From assembly GCA_020353515.1 (NCBI GenBank), contig CP070695.1:2247155-2311154 (forward strand): a DNA stretch of 64,000 bases, given 5' to 3'. Origin of the DNA: Candidatus Heimdallarchaeota archaeon (GTDB lineage: Archaea; Asgardarchaeota; Heimdallarchaeia; Hodarchaeales; Hodarchaeaceae). Under the pieces are notes generated by a model. That model did no database searches. It was not told where the DNA came from and saw only the letters and a program-made list of their open reading frames with translations. The translations under genes were made by a program, and so were the position numbers. Positions 9,168-19,923 of this stretch are shown piece after piece (position 1 is the stretch's first letter; each line of letters opens with the position of its first letter).

Positions 9168-9920
9168 TTAACGGATTTTCCTCCCAGTAATTTTGATAAA
9201 TACCTCTTCTAAATTTTTTGCCTTATATTCTGTCATTAAGGTCTTTGGAATATCAAGAGCGATCAGTTTCCCCTGATCAATGATTCCCACACGATCACAA
9301 AGGGATTCTGCTTCCTCAATGTAATGAGTCGTAAGAATAACTGTTTTCCCTTGGGTCCGTAGTTCCCTAATAAAGTTCCAGGTTGCATGACGAGATTGAA
9401 CATCCATCGCTACTGTTGGTTCGTCAAGATATGCAATGTCAGGATTATTAATTAGAGCCATAACAAGAGAAATTCGTCTAATCATTCCTCCACTATATTT
9501 ACCAGCTCTCCGTGTTGCCCCTTCCACCAAACCCACTTTATTGAGGAGCTCATCTGTCCTTTCTCCTAAAACCTCTTTAGCCATTCCATGTAGTCTCCCG
9601 AATAATTCGACATTTTCTCTCCCTGTGAGGTATGAATAGAATGCTGGTTCTTGAGGACAGACCCCAATCAGTTCTCGCACTTTATTCGCCTGTTTTTTTA
9701 CATCATAACCACTTACGATAGCGGTTCCACGCGTAGGTTTTAGTTGTCCATTAAGGATGTTGATTATCGTTGTCTTTCCTGCTCCATTCGGACCTAAGAG
9801 ACCGAACAATTCTCCTGGTTTGACTTCAAAGCTGATTCCATCTATAGCAATTATATCTTCAAATTTTTTCACCAAATTTTGGATTTCTATTCCATTATTT
9901 TTCAATGGTCTCTCCTTCAT
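9168..9920 (-). CDS. ABC-2 type exporter ATP-binding subunit (DrrA-like)
   Basis: GPNGAGKTT, YSGGM, LDEPT, TTHY, LEEVFIKITG. Confidence 0.95.
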   Translation of the reverse strand: MKERPLKNNGIEIQNLVKKFEDIIAIDGISFEVKPGELFGLLGPNGAGKTTIINILNGQLKPTRGTAIVSGYDVKKQANKVRELIGVCPQEPAFYSYLTGRENVELFGRLHGMAKEVLGERTDELLNKVGLVEGATRRAGKYSGGMIRRISLVMALINNPDIAYLDEPTVAMDVQSRHATWNFIRELRTQGKTVILTTHYIEEAESLCDRVGIIDQGKLIALDIPKTLMTEYKAKNLEEVFIKITGRKIR

Positions 9921-10398
9921 TCTTTCTTTCCTTAGATTTTACCTTAAAACTTGCCAAAGCCCATTTTAATAGAGGGTTAAGTGATTCACACATTTCTTCA
10001 GTTGGTTCGGTTTCTAGAGCTTTGGTTACATACCATATGCACTCCTCTCTGACCAGATTCAATGTGAACCCCTTCTCATTCAATGTTCTCAGATTTTTCA
10101 ACATAGAAATTTGCTGTTCAAGTATGTCAGATTTGATTTCTGGTTGTCTCTCTTCAAGGCCATCATTGAATTCCTCTAGGGTGATGTATGCAGTTGGGAT
10201 CACCTCCACCTGTATCAAAATTCGTTCGTTCTGTATATCTCCAATAAGAAAGATCTTGATCCCTTTGGAAGTGAAGAAATTGTGTAGAATTTCGTCTGAA
10301 TCATTAGATGTAGATGATTTTTCCTTTAAATCTCTTAATAGATTCTTGTAGTGGTCTTTCAACGATTTAATATCTAATAGATCAATTCTTTCTTTCAA
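9895..10398 (-). CDS. Hypothetical protein, first gene of the ABC-2/RDD operon
   Basis: 167-aa ORF overlapping the ATPase start. Confidence 0.65.
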   Translation of the reverse strand: MKERIDLLDIKSLKDHYKNLLRDLKEKSSTSNDSDEILHNFFTSKGIKIFLIGDIQNERILIQVEVIPTAYITLEEFNDGLEERQPEIKSDILEQQISMLKNLRTLNEKGFTLNLVREECIWYVTKALETEPTEEMCESLNPLLKWALASFKVKSKERKNEGETIEK

Positions 10399-10773
10399 AG
10401 GTTTTCACACATTTCAATTCAGTGGTATATCGCCCAAAGGTTTATTACCATGAAATGTGTCTTTTTTGGAACATAAAAGGTTTGATAAACATGTTAGTTC
10501 GGAAATGACGCCATTAGAGGGGATATAAATAAAATAAACCGAAATATCAAGTTCGTTTTTGGACAGAAGTTTGTTTAACAAATTAGGTGCAAAACACTTT
10601 TTTGGCTGATTTTAGTCATTAGAAACTCATATTAACAAAAATAGCGCTATATCATTTTTCATAGAAAGTTCGCTTAGAGATTCTAAATCAAGTCCCAAAA
10701 ATGAACCAGTGAGCTCTTTTTTAAATTTCTATTTCGCTTAATTGATGAACTCATTCACATAAAAAAACAAGAT

Positions 10774-11703
10774 CTATAATCCTGTTTCAGCTATTAGTTT
10801 TTTTAATTCTGTTGTTCTGATGTCAGGAAATCCTCGACTAGGTTTTCCTAGAAGAGTGACCACTGATGTAATGGATGGATTTTTTTTAATTGATTGGGTG
10901 ATTTCTGCTACTGAACTTAGGTTGTTCACAACAAAAGTACCAAAAAGTAATGGTCTTGTTGCAGAAATCAATTCTCCCCAAAATTCATTTGGATATTGAT
11001 TAAACAGCCACTGTTTTATGCTATTAATATCGGCTTTTTTATCATCCCACTGTATTTGAGCAAGGAACTGAATGCTATCTCCTGCATTTAGGTTCCATCT
11101 TATGGTCAAATTTATAGTATTATTTCTGGCAAAATTAACCAAGACATTCCGTACATTTCTTGAGGATACTCCTGACTTGTTAGAAATTTCACTAATAGGC
11201 ATTCTCGGGTTTTCAAACAAGTAGCGTAATACTTTCAGTTCCATAGTGGACAAATTTACCTTCTTTCCCCGTGGGTAAAGCAAAGGGTGCATGTCAACTT
11301 TTTGAACCTCATTAAAACTCCTAAAAAAGGCACTTGACTCAGATAATCCTTTTGGTCCTTCTGTATACGTTGAAAAAATGATATATAGATTATACTCCCC
11401 ACCTGAGGCTGGTCCAATATAGTTTATATATGGATTAGTCCCCGTAGGTGTAGATAATTGATCTATAAACGCTTTCTCGTCCTCTGAACCATCCGTGTAG
11501 ATCAGGCTCAATAATAGCTCTGCATCTACCATTGCTAAACTGAGCTCTACAATAAAATCTTCGATAATCCCTTGTGAAATTAATCTATCGACCCTTTTCC
11601 TAATAGCATTTGCTGTAACATTATTTTTTACAGCCATGTCTTGATATCTTGCTCTACAGTTAATTAATAGGTCTATAAGAACATTCTTATCTATTAAATC
11701 CAT
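10774..11703 (-). CDS. Lrp/AsnC-family regulator with duplicated HTH-RAM units
   Basis: MDLIDKNVLIDL..NCR...IRKRVDRL..GII; second HTH ELKVLRYLFENPRMPISEIS. Confidence 0.88.
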   Translation of the reverse strand: MDLIDKNVLIDLLINCRARYQDMAVKNNVTANAIRKRVDRLISQGIIEDFIVELSLAMVDAELLLSLIYTDGSEDEKAFIDQLSTPTGTNPYINYIGPASGGEYNLYIIFSTYTEGPKGLSESSAFFRSFNEVQKVDMHPLLYPRGKKVNLSTMELKVLRYLFENPRMPISEISNKSGVSSRNVRNVLVNFARNNTINLTIRWNLNAGDSIQFLAQIQWDDKKADINSIKQWLFNQYPNEFWGELISATRPLLFGTFVVNNLSSVAEITQSIKKNPSITSVVTLLGKPSRGFPDIRTTELKKLIAETGL

Positions 11704-11786
11704 CTTTTAACGTCACAAATTTTGTCGATTAATGTAGAAACATGTAGTATTGCTACAGAAGCTTATACTTCTCTAGCCAAACCATT

Positions 11787-12632
11787 TCATATTAGTGCAT
11801 CAAACACTGTTGTAGGCCGTCCCGTGTGACTTCTCTTCTCTTTATACTCCGCTGCGAATCCTTTCACTATCAAGCGTTGTAAGCTATCATAGATGGAGCT
11901 CCGTGCAATCCCCGTTAATTGAACTATTTCAGGACGAGTAAGCGGGCCATACGCGACTAGAATCTGAAATAAATCATGATCTAAGTTGTTTGTTATTTTT
12001 AGTTGTTCTTGGACTTGGAATGTTGGTGTTAAATTCACTAACAAAACTTTAAGAATCAAAGAATCAGAATCAATTCCTAGCAATGCCAGTTCTTGCAGTG
12101 ACCGCCTCTTAATCATGGTTATGATATCTAGCATAGGAGTTGTTTCAGGTAATTTAAAGATTTGACGTAGAGTATCTATTTCAATATAAAGCTGATATAA
12201 TTGTATAAAATCAACCTTTATTTCCTGTGATTCATCCTCTGTTAGCTTTTTTGCTTCTTTTTCCTTAGTTCCTACCCGTGATAGCAAATTAGAGGCGTGT
12301 TTCAGTTTTTCACTCGCATTCTTTAGCTTTCTTTCTTTAATTTCTGCTATTGCGTTATCGATAATTTTTTTGATGTCTTCTTTGTCCGCAGCAAAGGAAA
12401 GATTTAAAACTTCTTGAATTTCTATTAATTTTTGAAAGAAATAATAGTGTCGCCTAATGGGGTATAAGGAGGGAAGTTCTAATTCTTCCTGCATTTTTCG
12501 AAGAGCTTTCCAAGTTGTATTAACATTTTCTTCAGAATCCATCCCTTTTAGGCTTAACAGGTTTCTTAGTTCTTTCAGTTCTTTATCAGCTGATTCATCA
12601 ATATCTGATGATACGATTGCGTTACGGGACAT
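11787..12632 (-). CDS. Helical protein with C-terminal TrmB-like winged HTH
   Basis: GPLTRPEIVQLTGIARSSIYDSLQRLIVKG...GRPTTVF. Confidence 0.8.
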   Translation of the reverse strand: MSRNAIVSSDIDESADKELKELRNLLSLKGMDSEENVNTTWKALRKMQEELELPSLYPIRRHYYFFQKLIEIQEVLNLSFAADKEDIKKIIDNAIAEIKERKLKNASEKLKHASNLLSRVGTKEKEAKKLTEDESQEIKVDFIQLYQLYIEIDTLRQIFKLPETTPMLDIITMIKRRSLQELALLGIDSDSLILKVLLVNLTPTFQVQEQLKITNNLDHDLFQILVAYGPLTRPEIVQLTGIARSSIYDSLQRLIVKGFAAEYKEKRSHTGRPTTVFDALI

Positions 12633-12916
12633 GATTTCCCATCTACTTCAGATTTAAACCGTATTATCTTCTAAAAATAATGCAACAGGACTTTCAAGGA
12701 TTGATATAAATATGACTATAATAAAAATTTCTTTTAAAAGGTTTGTTTAGTAGAATGGATATGTCGAATGAAAATGTCTATTTCTTTTTGATGAAAATAG
12801 ATACCTATTACATTGAATCCATTTTAATCCCTTCCAAAATTTGTTTCAATGACATTCATCAATGAGAAATAAAAGTTTGCGACTAATCTTCAACCTCATA
12901 ATCGAAGACTCATTGT

Positions 12917-13369
12917 TCATTCAAGTAATTCAATCATTTCCTCACAGTAAGAAGTATAGGGGCGGATTTTGTCATAATTTCGAATAAACCGGAGTTTGGG
13001 GTTCATTTTTTCCATGAAAGCTTGAACTGACTGTTCCCACCCTTTTTTGCACACTTCCCGTGTATCAAATCCCCCTTTTGTACAGGCCTCCAACACAGGA
13101 CACCAGTTAAATGACCTCCAAATAATTTTGGTCTCATCCTCAAAAATAATTGGGACTTTGGCTGGATCTAGGTCTAAATATTGAATTAAAAAAAGTGTAT
13201 ATGCTCTTCGGACATCTGTTCCTTGAGGTTCCAACATTTTTTTATTCTCCTCCAACCATTGAAGTCTTTTTTTCAGAAGCTGAGAATTTATCTCATCCCA
13301 ATTATTCTTCTCTTTAGCGTTTGTAATTTTTTCAAGGATTTCCTGTATTTTGCGTGTTTTTGGTTCCAT
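12917..13369 (-). CDS. Hypothetical Cys-containing protein (V4R/ATC-hydrolase-like fold possible)
   Basis: WCPVLEAC...EVC...IRPYTSYCEE pattern. Confidence 0.65.
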   Translation of the reverse strand: MEPKTRKIQEILEKITNAKEKNNWDEINSQLLKKRLQWLEENKKMLEPQGTDVRRAYTLFLIQYLDLDPAKVPIIFEDETKIIWRSFNWCPVLEACTKGGFDTREVCKKGWEQSVQAFMEKMNPKLRFIRNYDKIRPYTSYCEEMIELLE

Positions 13370-13552
13370 AAATGACCTATTAGAATACCACTTACATCTT
13401 TTTTTCTATCGGTTTATCCCTCTAAAATTACCCGTTTTTTACAACACTTCCCTCATATCAACTATCTTCTAAGAAGCTCGAAACATTTGACTCCTTGAAT
13501 ACAATTTCATCGAGATATTATTATAAGGGATAACTTTCTATTGTGAGGAATT

Positions 13553-14017
13553 TCAAAATGTAAGGGGTTCTAATGGGATCCAAAAGAACCCAGCTATGAA
13601 CCCAAGCGAAAACATGCCTATTGTTATTCCTAGAAGTGATTTCATAATGATGGCAAAGTAGAGAATGAAGTAGGCAATTCCTCTTCCAACTGAACCAATG
13701 AAAATCAATAATTTCTTTGATACACGATCGGTGATTGCTCCTACAAAGGGAGATGAAATCACATAACCAACCACGATTATCGAGAATATAATTCCCATAT
13801 CAATTCCAGCAGCTCTCAGTTCTTGGGAAGCTACATAAGGAATTAAAAACTCGAGAAAGAAGAACCCTAAGGCGTTAAAAATGGTTATATTGATCATTGA
13901 GTTGAAATCATCAGTAATCCGCCCTTCCTGTGTATTATTTTCAATGTTCACTGACGCTTTCACTTGTTTTCGCACCATTTCAGGTTGGAGAATCAATGCA
14001 GTTAAATTGATTCTCAT
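13553..14017 (-). pseudogene. Truncated MFS transporter (first ~4 TMs only)
   Basis: MFS motif A variant GAITDRVSKK; ORF ends abruptly after TM4 (FFWIPLEPLTF*), far short of 12 TMs. Confidence 0.7.
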
Positions 14018-14197
14018 AGAAGGAGAGGCTTGAATTCAATCAAATGTGGGATTTCTTGTTGTATCAATGATAACACATCAAAGATTTTAATATTGTAATT
14101 GCGAATAGAGTGGTTGCTTGTTATTTTTCACGGAAATTCTAAAAATGGGAACACATCAGCATTTTAGTAAAGGGTTTTAGCGTTAATAAAGGAAAGG

Positions 14198-15157
14198 ATG
14201 AGAAAAACAATGAGAGCCATTATCAGACAAGTATACGGTTCACCTGATGTTCTTGAATTGCAGGAAATCGAAGAACCAGTCCCCAAAGATGATGAGATAT
14301 TGCTGAAAGTGCATGCAGCTTCAGTTAATCGAACGGACTCTCATGGTCTAAGAGGTACACCATTTATGGCACGGATTGTCTTGGGTGGTCTAAGAAAACC
14401 AAAAACCAAAATTCTAGGGTATGATTTTGCTGGCCAAGTGGATGAGATTGGCAAAGAAGTTTCAGAGTTCCACCCTGGTGATGAGGTATTCGGGACAAAC
14501 AAGGGAGCAGGTGGTTTTGCAGAGTATCTTTGCACAACTCAAGATTTATTGCTAATTAAGCCTCCCAACGTATCTTTTGAGGATGCAGCAACTGTCCCTG
14601 CAGTAGGAGTTACCGCACTACAAGGTCTTCAAAAACACGGTAAACTCCAATCTGGTCAGAATGTATTGATAAATGGTGCATCTGGTGGTGTTGGAACATA
14701 TGCTGTCCAAATTGCTAAGGCTCTAGGAGCTACCGTAACTGGTGTCTGCAGTACTACTAATCTGGATATGGTTCACTCAATTGGTGCGGATATGGTGATT
14801 GATTATACACAAGAAGATTTCACGCTGAAGGAGGAGAGGTATGACCTCATTTTTGATGCTGTGGCCAAGAGTTCGTTTTCGGATTGCAAACCAATTTTGA
14901 AGTCTAATGGGAGATATGTAACAACAGCGTTTTCTCCGGGCCTTGTTTTAAAGGGGAAATTGGGAAGAAGTGATAAGAAGATGATTCCATATGTGGCAAA
15001 TCCCACAAAGAGTGATTTGATCTTCTTAAAGGATCTTCTTGAAGCTGGAAAATTAAAACCAGTCATCGATCGATGTTACACTTTGGAGCAAGTTCCAGAT
15101 GCAATCCGCTATCTTGAAGAAGGTCATGTCAAAGGAAAACTCATAATCAATTTATAA
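14198..15157 (+). CDS. MDR-superfamily NAD(P)-dependent oxidoreductase (quinone-reductase-like)
   Basis: YGSPDVL..VHAASVN..LGYDFAG..GASGGVG..GKL.PVID..GHVKGK. Confidence 0.93.
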   Translation: MRKTMRAIIRQVYGSPDVLELQEIEEPVPKDDEILLKVHAASVNRTDSHGLRGTPFMARIVLGGLRKPKTKILGYDFAGQVDEIGKEVSEFHPGDEVFGTNKGAGGFAEYLCTTQDLLLIKPPNVSFEDAATVPAVGVTALQGLQKHGKLQSGQNVLINGASGGVGTYAVQIAKALGATVTGVCSTTNLDMVHSIGADMVIDYTQEDFTLKEERYDLIFDAVAKSSFSDCKPILKSNGRYVTTAFSPGLVLKGKLGRSDKKMIPYVANPTKSDLIFLKDLLEAGKLKPVIDRCYTLEQVPDAIRYLEEGHVKGKLIINL

Positions 15158-15172
15158 AACGAGGTAACATTT

Positions 15173-15835
15173 TTGAGTATAGATTCATCTTGGAAAGGAG
15201 TGTACAAGGCGAGTGGACTCTCCTTACTCGTAGGTGGAGCCATCGTTATCATATTCCTTCTCTTAGTATTCATATTTCAAGTACAACTTCCACTAACCGC
15301 ACAATCAGTTCTTGATGCCCCCCTACAACCAGCCCTTTTATTTTCCTTAGCTGCTTTCGGAGAGTTTCTTCTGATGCCTGGAGTACTGGGACTCTACTTC
15401 TCTCTAAAGGATGTTAATAAGAATCAGGTATTTCTAGGAACTGCAGTGTTTTTAATTGCTATACCAATGTTTCTAATCTCTCGTGGACAAGTAATATCAC
15501 TTGTTGCAATTAGTGGTAGTTATGCAGCAACAACAGATGCGACCATGAAAGCAGCTTACTTAGCAACGGCACACCTTGCACTTGAAGTATCAGGTGTGTT
15601 TGCTATCATGGCCTTGGCCCTGTTTGGCATCGGATCTGTCATTATAGGCTTAGTTATGTCGAAGGGAGTTTTTGGCAAACGCATAGCTTATTTGGTCATT
15701 ATCGCAGGCACCTTGACTGTCCTAGGCACCTTCGGAGTCTTACTGGAGCCACTGACTATAGGAACACTATTTGGATTGATTCTATCAGGTATCTGGCAAA
15801 TAATCCTTGGTGTTAAGCTCTACAAACTAGGATAA
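15173..15835 (+). CDS. DUF4386-like membrane protein
   Basis: Six TMs; follows the MDR gene with an RBS (GAGGT) and TTG start. Confidence 0.7.
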   Translation: MSIDSSWKGVYKASGLSLLVGGAIVIIFLLLVFIFQVQLPLTAQSVLDAPLQPALLFSLAAFGEFLLMPGVLGLYFSLKDVNKNQVFLGTAVFLIAIPMFLISRGQVISLVAISGSYAATTDATMKAAYLATAHLALEVSGVFAIMALALFGIGSVIIGLVMSKGVFGKRIAYLVIIAGTLTVLGTFGVLLEPLTIGTLFGLILSGIWQIILGVKLYKLG

Positions 15836-15913
15836 CCTACCTAGCACCTTGCCTACAGATTAATATTATCTACACCTAGGTTAGTACTAAAATATTGTTT
15901 AAAGGTACTGTAA

Positions 15914-16351
15914 TTATTGAGGGCAGAATTTTACTTCTGTTTGTGAAGCAATCCATATCTCTACTCCCATTTCTTTCATCTTTTTCATATTCTCTATAGT
16001 CTTCGCATGATTGGGAGCTTGTTCCCCAAATTCAACTAACTTATCACAAACAAAATTTGTACATTCAAAGCAGTAGGTCAAGCCTTGTTCAGTAGCACAG
16101 GTTCGGAAGTGGCATTCCGAAGTCCAACAATCATCTGCATTCCCTCTGCACTTTTCGCAAGACACAGAAGTAATGCTCGAATCTACATTTTCCTTAAAGA
16201 ATTTAACTAGTCCTTTATGTAATTCATCATTCCCATGTGACGCATGATAAATATCACATGCCGTACAATTTAGGCCACAAAAACTAAGTTCCCATTCTGG
16301 GTTTGTATCTTTATTCATTACTGTTCTCCACAATTCGTCACTATTACTCAC
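15914..16351 (-). CDS. DUF3795 Cys-rich protein
   Basis: CGLNCTAC...CEKC...C...C..C...CFEC..FVC. Confidence 0.88.
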   Translation of the reverse strand: MSNSDELWRTVMNKDTNPEWELSFCGLNCTACDIYHASHGNDELHKGLVKFFKENVDSSITSVSCEKCRGNADDCWTSECHFRTCATEQGLTYCFECTNFVCDKLVEFGEQAPNHAKTIENMKKMKEMGVEIWIASQTEVKFCPQ

Positions 16352-16357
16352 ACTAGG

Positions 16358-17161
16358 TTAACTATTACTCATCACAATTCTATTTTCCTTTATAAAAGCA
16401 AGTTGTCGTCCGAGTGCACTAATCTTTCCTTCTTCAGTCCAAAGTTCCACATCTGTTTCCGTGAGACCATTGGTAGTAAAACGAGTTTTCGAGACAAACC
16501 CTAAAGAATTACCTGTTGGGATATTTCTAACTTGAACTGTTAGCTCAATTGTTGGTACCCATGCTAGAGGACCTGTTTTTCGTAGAATGGGAGGTGGGGT
16601 TGCATCCACAAACAGTAACACCGATAGTGCATCCATCGGACGGTTATCATAGAAACTTAAATAACCAGAAAAAACGGTATCTTTTCCTTCTACTCCCTGC
16701 AACCAGTCCAACTGATCATGGGGAACGGATAATCTAACTTGTTTGAAAAAGGACAGGGGGGAATCAGGGATCTCTATACACTCGGACGGATCAGGTAACG
16801 TAGGTTGTTTCTGAACTAGAGTCATTCCGCTAAATGCATCCTTCTGAGTGAACATTCCCATGTAAGAAATCACTTCTGTTTTTTTCTGAATTAGTGAAAT
16901 TTTCGCGGTAATTGTCCTCTTACTCTTTATAATACGATCAATAATCAGTTCAGCATGACCAGGAGATGTTGGTTTGTGATAGTAAGCAGTCATTGATAAA
17001 GGAATCTGGTATTCAGAGATACTTGAAATTACCTTCCCTGCTATTGCCATCAGGTATCCCCCATTCGGAGCTACTATGTTCCAGTCACTGGAAATTTTCG
17101 TTTCAAATCGATTCTCTTCTGTACGCTTCACATGTACATCGTGGTCGAATTTAAAGTCCAT
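16358..17161 (-). CDS. Double-hotdog thioesterase family protein
   Basis: W..PNGGYLMA, LLFVDATPP, WVPTIELTV, GRQLA. Confidence 0.9.
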   Translation of the reverse strand: MDFKFDHDVHVKRTEENRFETKISSDWNIVAPNGGYLMAIAGKVISSISEYQIPLSMTAYYHKPTSPGHAELIIDRIIKSKRTITAKISLIQKKTEVISYMGMFTQKDAFSGMTLVQKQPTLPDPSECIEIPDSPLSFFKQVRLSVPHDQLDWLQGVEGKDTVFSGYLSFYDNRPMDALSVLLFVDATPPPILRKTGPLAWVPTIELTVQVRNIPTGNSLGFVSKTRFTTNGLTETDVELWTEEGKISALGRQLAFIKENRIVMSNS

Positions 17162-17167
17162 AAACAG

Positions 17168-17842
17168 TCATCCTGATTCTATTTCCTTGATGATTTCATT
17201 CGAGGGAAGAACTCGAGCGAAACCAGCCCGTAGAACTTTTAATTCTGCTTCATGCATTTCTGGGTCATTTGTTGAAGTTACATCGCTCCCCAGAACGACT
17301 TTGAACCCTCTCTCGTATCCTTGACGTGCTGTCATCCCACAACAATAATTTGTTAAGGTTCCACAAATGATGATTGTATCTCTTCCCTGATTCCGTAGAA
17401 TAGTTTCTAGAGGAGTGTCATAGAAAGCTCCATAGGAGGGTTTGTAGATCACGATTTCCCCTGCTAATGGAGAGATTTCATCCCAAATATGTCCGTCTCT
17501 GAATATGGCAGGATCCTCAATTCCAAGATCGGGGTACCGGTTTGGCATCAAGTCTCCTGTGAGTGGTCGATCTTGACGGAAATGGGTATATGTCACTGCC
17601 GTATAAATGATTGGAATTCCTTTTGTCCTACAGGCAACTATCAGTGTCTTGATTCTTTCAACTTGTCGTGTGGCTTCTGGAATCCAAAAGGGTGTCCAAT
17701 GAGGTTTAACAAACTCATCTTGCATGTCCACGACAATGAGTGCGGATTTATTTGCTTTTACTGAAAACTTTGCATCCCCTTCTTCATAAGCTGTTTTTGC
17801 TAAGGCTATGATTTGCGCTTCCGTGAATTCACCCAATTTCAT
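17168..17842 (-). CDS. Isochorismatase-family cysteine hydrolase
   Basis: ALIVVDMQ, K.SY.AFYDT.L, GTLTNYCC..TAR (Asp-Lys-Cys triad). Confidence 0.92.
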   Translation of the reverse strand: MKLGEFTEAQIIALAKTAYEEGDAKFSVKANKSALIVVDMQDEFVKPHWTPFWIPEATRQVERIKTLIVACRTKGIPIIYTAVTYTHFRQDRPLTGDLMPNRYPDLGIEDPAIFRDGHIWDEISPLAGEIVIYKPSYGAFYDTPLETILRNQGRDTIIICGTLTNYCCGMTARQGYERGFKVVLGSDVTSTNDPEMHEAELKVLRAGFARVLPSNEIIKEIESG

Positions 17843-17879
17843 TAGCTATACCTCTGACAATTTCCTTCTCAAAATTCCT

Positions 17880-18260
17880 TTATTGACTTTTTTGCTCTAA
17901 AGTTGCTTTGGCCTTTTCTAGATCATCGACTCCTAATACTAGTCGATTATTGGTTGCTAAGTAAACGAGATTAATGTTGATATCACTATTGGTTATTTTG
18001 CGAGTGATTCTTCCCAATTCACCAGGACGATCCTTAATATTCACTACAAGCACTTCTCGTTCCTCTATCACTTCAATATTAGCTTCCTCTAGTACACGAC
18101 GAGCTTTGGTTGTGTCTTCGATTAAGATATGAAGCTCTCTCTTTCCTATACATCGGCATCCAGTTATCCCATCTATATTGATGTTTGCTTTTCCAAGTAT
18201 TTCTCCTGTCTCAGCTAGAGTACCAGGTCGATCTTCTCCTCTTATCGTTAAATCTTTCGT
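17880..18260 (-). CDS. Tandem ACT-domain protein, 126 aa, with apparent ACG start
   Basis: Frame is open upstream of the tracked 63-aa ORF: (T)KDLTIRGEDRPGTLAETGEILGKANINIDG..., with a second ACT repeat DRPGELG..ININ; GTGAGG RBS precedes ACG at 18260. Confidence 0.8.
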   Translation of the reverse strand, partial: TKDLTIRGEDRPGTLAETGEILGKANINIDGITGCRCIGKRELHILIEDTTKARRVLEEANIEVIEEREVLVVNIKDRPGELGRITRKITNSDININLVYLATNNRLVLGVDDLEKAKATLEQKSQ

Positions 18261-18479
18261 ATTATTTTCCTCACTAATTTTCTAATATTTACTAATGTAT
18301 CAATCGCATTCAACATCTTCTTTAGACTCTTTTTATCAATAATCCTTAGCTCTCTGACATTTTCTTTCAGGTTCAGGAAAAGTGAGAGATGAACGCTTTC
18401 TACAATTAATCTTTTATAGATAGTTTTAAAGCCACTGGTACACCATTCCTTCTGTATAAAGGGAATAAGATGATTCTAA

Positions 18480-18953
18480 ATGTTTTCTAATTCTTATACT
18501 ACCTTTACTTTTAAATTTACAGGATCTAAAAAGCAATTTTTTCAAAAGATAACTAAATGGGCAACCACCACTGATGTAGGTAAAAAATATCAGACAGAGG
18601 ATAATCCGTTTACTCTTCAAAGAGGTAGAAGAATTTTCCAATTTTTCCTCACCGTAGAATCTTCCTCTCTTCTTGATGTGCTGGTTATTGGTTTTGCTAA
18701 AGGTGATCATCCCGCCTTAATTCTATGTATTCCATGTACTTGTTGGTTTGGCGAATATCCTGGTCTTAAGCCAAATAAAGCTCTCTGTCCTCCTCACAAG
18801 GGCTTACTCCCTGGCCCTGAGAGGAGAGGATGGGACCATATGATGAATTTGTTTGATTTTTTGGAGGTCACCGATTATCAAACTGAGGAAAAGCGCGGGG
18901 TTTTCAATGGGAGTGTGTCCAATTCTCAGGGGCCTACCATTACTGACAGATAA
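18480..18953 (+). CDS. Hypothetical protein
   Basis: 157-aa ORF, no recognisable motif. Confidence 0.5.
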   Translation: MFSNSYTTFTFKFTGSKKQFFQKITKWATTTDVGKKYQTEDNPFTLQRGRRIFQFFLTVESSSLLDVLVIGFAKGDHPALILCIPCTCWFGEYPGLKPNKALCPPHKGLLPGPERRGWDHMMNLFDFLEVTDYQTEEKRGVFNGSVSNSQGPTITDR

Positions 18954-18966
18954 TTTCTTCTGTTTT

Positions 18967-19128
18967 CACCTAGTATCTGCTAGTAGTTGTTCCACATCAA
19001 GAATAGGAACACGAGATGGTCAAAAGATAATGTTATTATCTTCAAGGATCGATGGAAATCAGTTCGTCAATGTGTTTTCTTTTCTTGGTTAACTCAACTC
19101 CCTTTTTAAAAGCCTCCTCCTGATTCAT
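18967..19128 (-). pseudogene. Possible decayed TPR-like gene remnant
   Basis: MNQEEAFKKGVELTKKRKHIDELISIDP* followed by frameshifted/stop-broken protein-like continuation. Confidence 0.25.
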
Positions 19129-19204
19129 ATGCGAGTTTAGTTTCTAAAAATGTCTCAAAGGAAGGTTTTCATAACTGATTTTCAAATGATAATATGGGGT
19201 TAAT

Positions 19205-19585
19205 TTGCGGAAGCTCCTTGTTTTTCAACCTAATAAAAAATGGGTTTTATTGATCGTATTTATCTCAGGTATTATGCTTGGGGGAGCTATCTTTTTTTAT
19301 CAGGTTGTTGAATCTTTGTTTATCATTTGGCAAGATAATCAACGGGTACCTTGTGACCAATTGCCTACTATGAGCCAAGCAGAACAAATTTATAATGAAC
19401 ATCTCGACACAGTTGAGCAAATTGAAAATATTAGCCCAGGTAAAGTCTTCGTGTCATTAGTAGAGCGTTCTCCTGGCAAAGGGGAAGTAGAAATCGAGTA
19501 TGATACAATGAGTACTCGAAACCAGATTAAGGATCTAATTGGGGGTACTTTTTTTGGGATCCCTTATATCATGCACAATGTCTAA
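19205..19585 (+). CDS. Hypothetical membrane-anchored protein
   Basis: N-terminal TM then soluble domain ending TFFGIPY. Confidence 0.7.
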   Translation: MRKLLVFQPNKKWVLLIVFISGIMLGGAIFFYQVVESLFIIWQDNQRVPCDQLPTMSQAEQIYNEHLDTVEQIENISPGKVFVSLVERSPGKGEVEIEYDTMSTRNQIKDLIGGTFFGIPYIMHNV

Positions 19586-19923
19586 GGTTAGCAATCAAAG
19601 CGTAATCGGTGCGGATACAATTATTGAAACTAGTGAAATTAAACTATTGATTGTTATATTATCATGATTTTATCCAAAATGAGCTCAAGTAAAAGGAAGA
19701 TAATAAGATATTGATGAAGATAAAGAAGATGACTGAGCTATTAGATGTCAAGCGATTACTTTGATACATATTTCTTTTGAAGTGAGACATTGTAACTTTT
19801 TAGATAACCAATTGTTCATAAGGAGTTCGGAGCACTAGTACTCCTAATAGTTTATGTGACGATTAATGAATTAATTGTTTGTGAGAAGATAAAACTCTTG
19901 AGTTTTCTTGGAGAATTCCTCTT

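Noticed and set aside
19705-19740. Box C/D sRNA (TGATGA...CTGA)
   Set aside because: Only one short C-D pair in a purine-rich tract, with no terminal stem or identifiable guide
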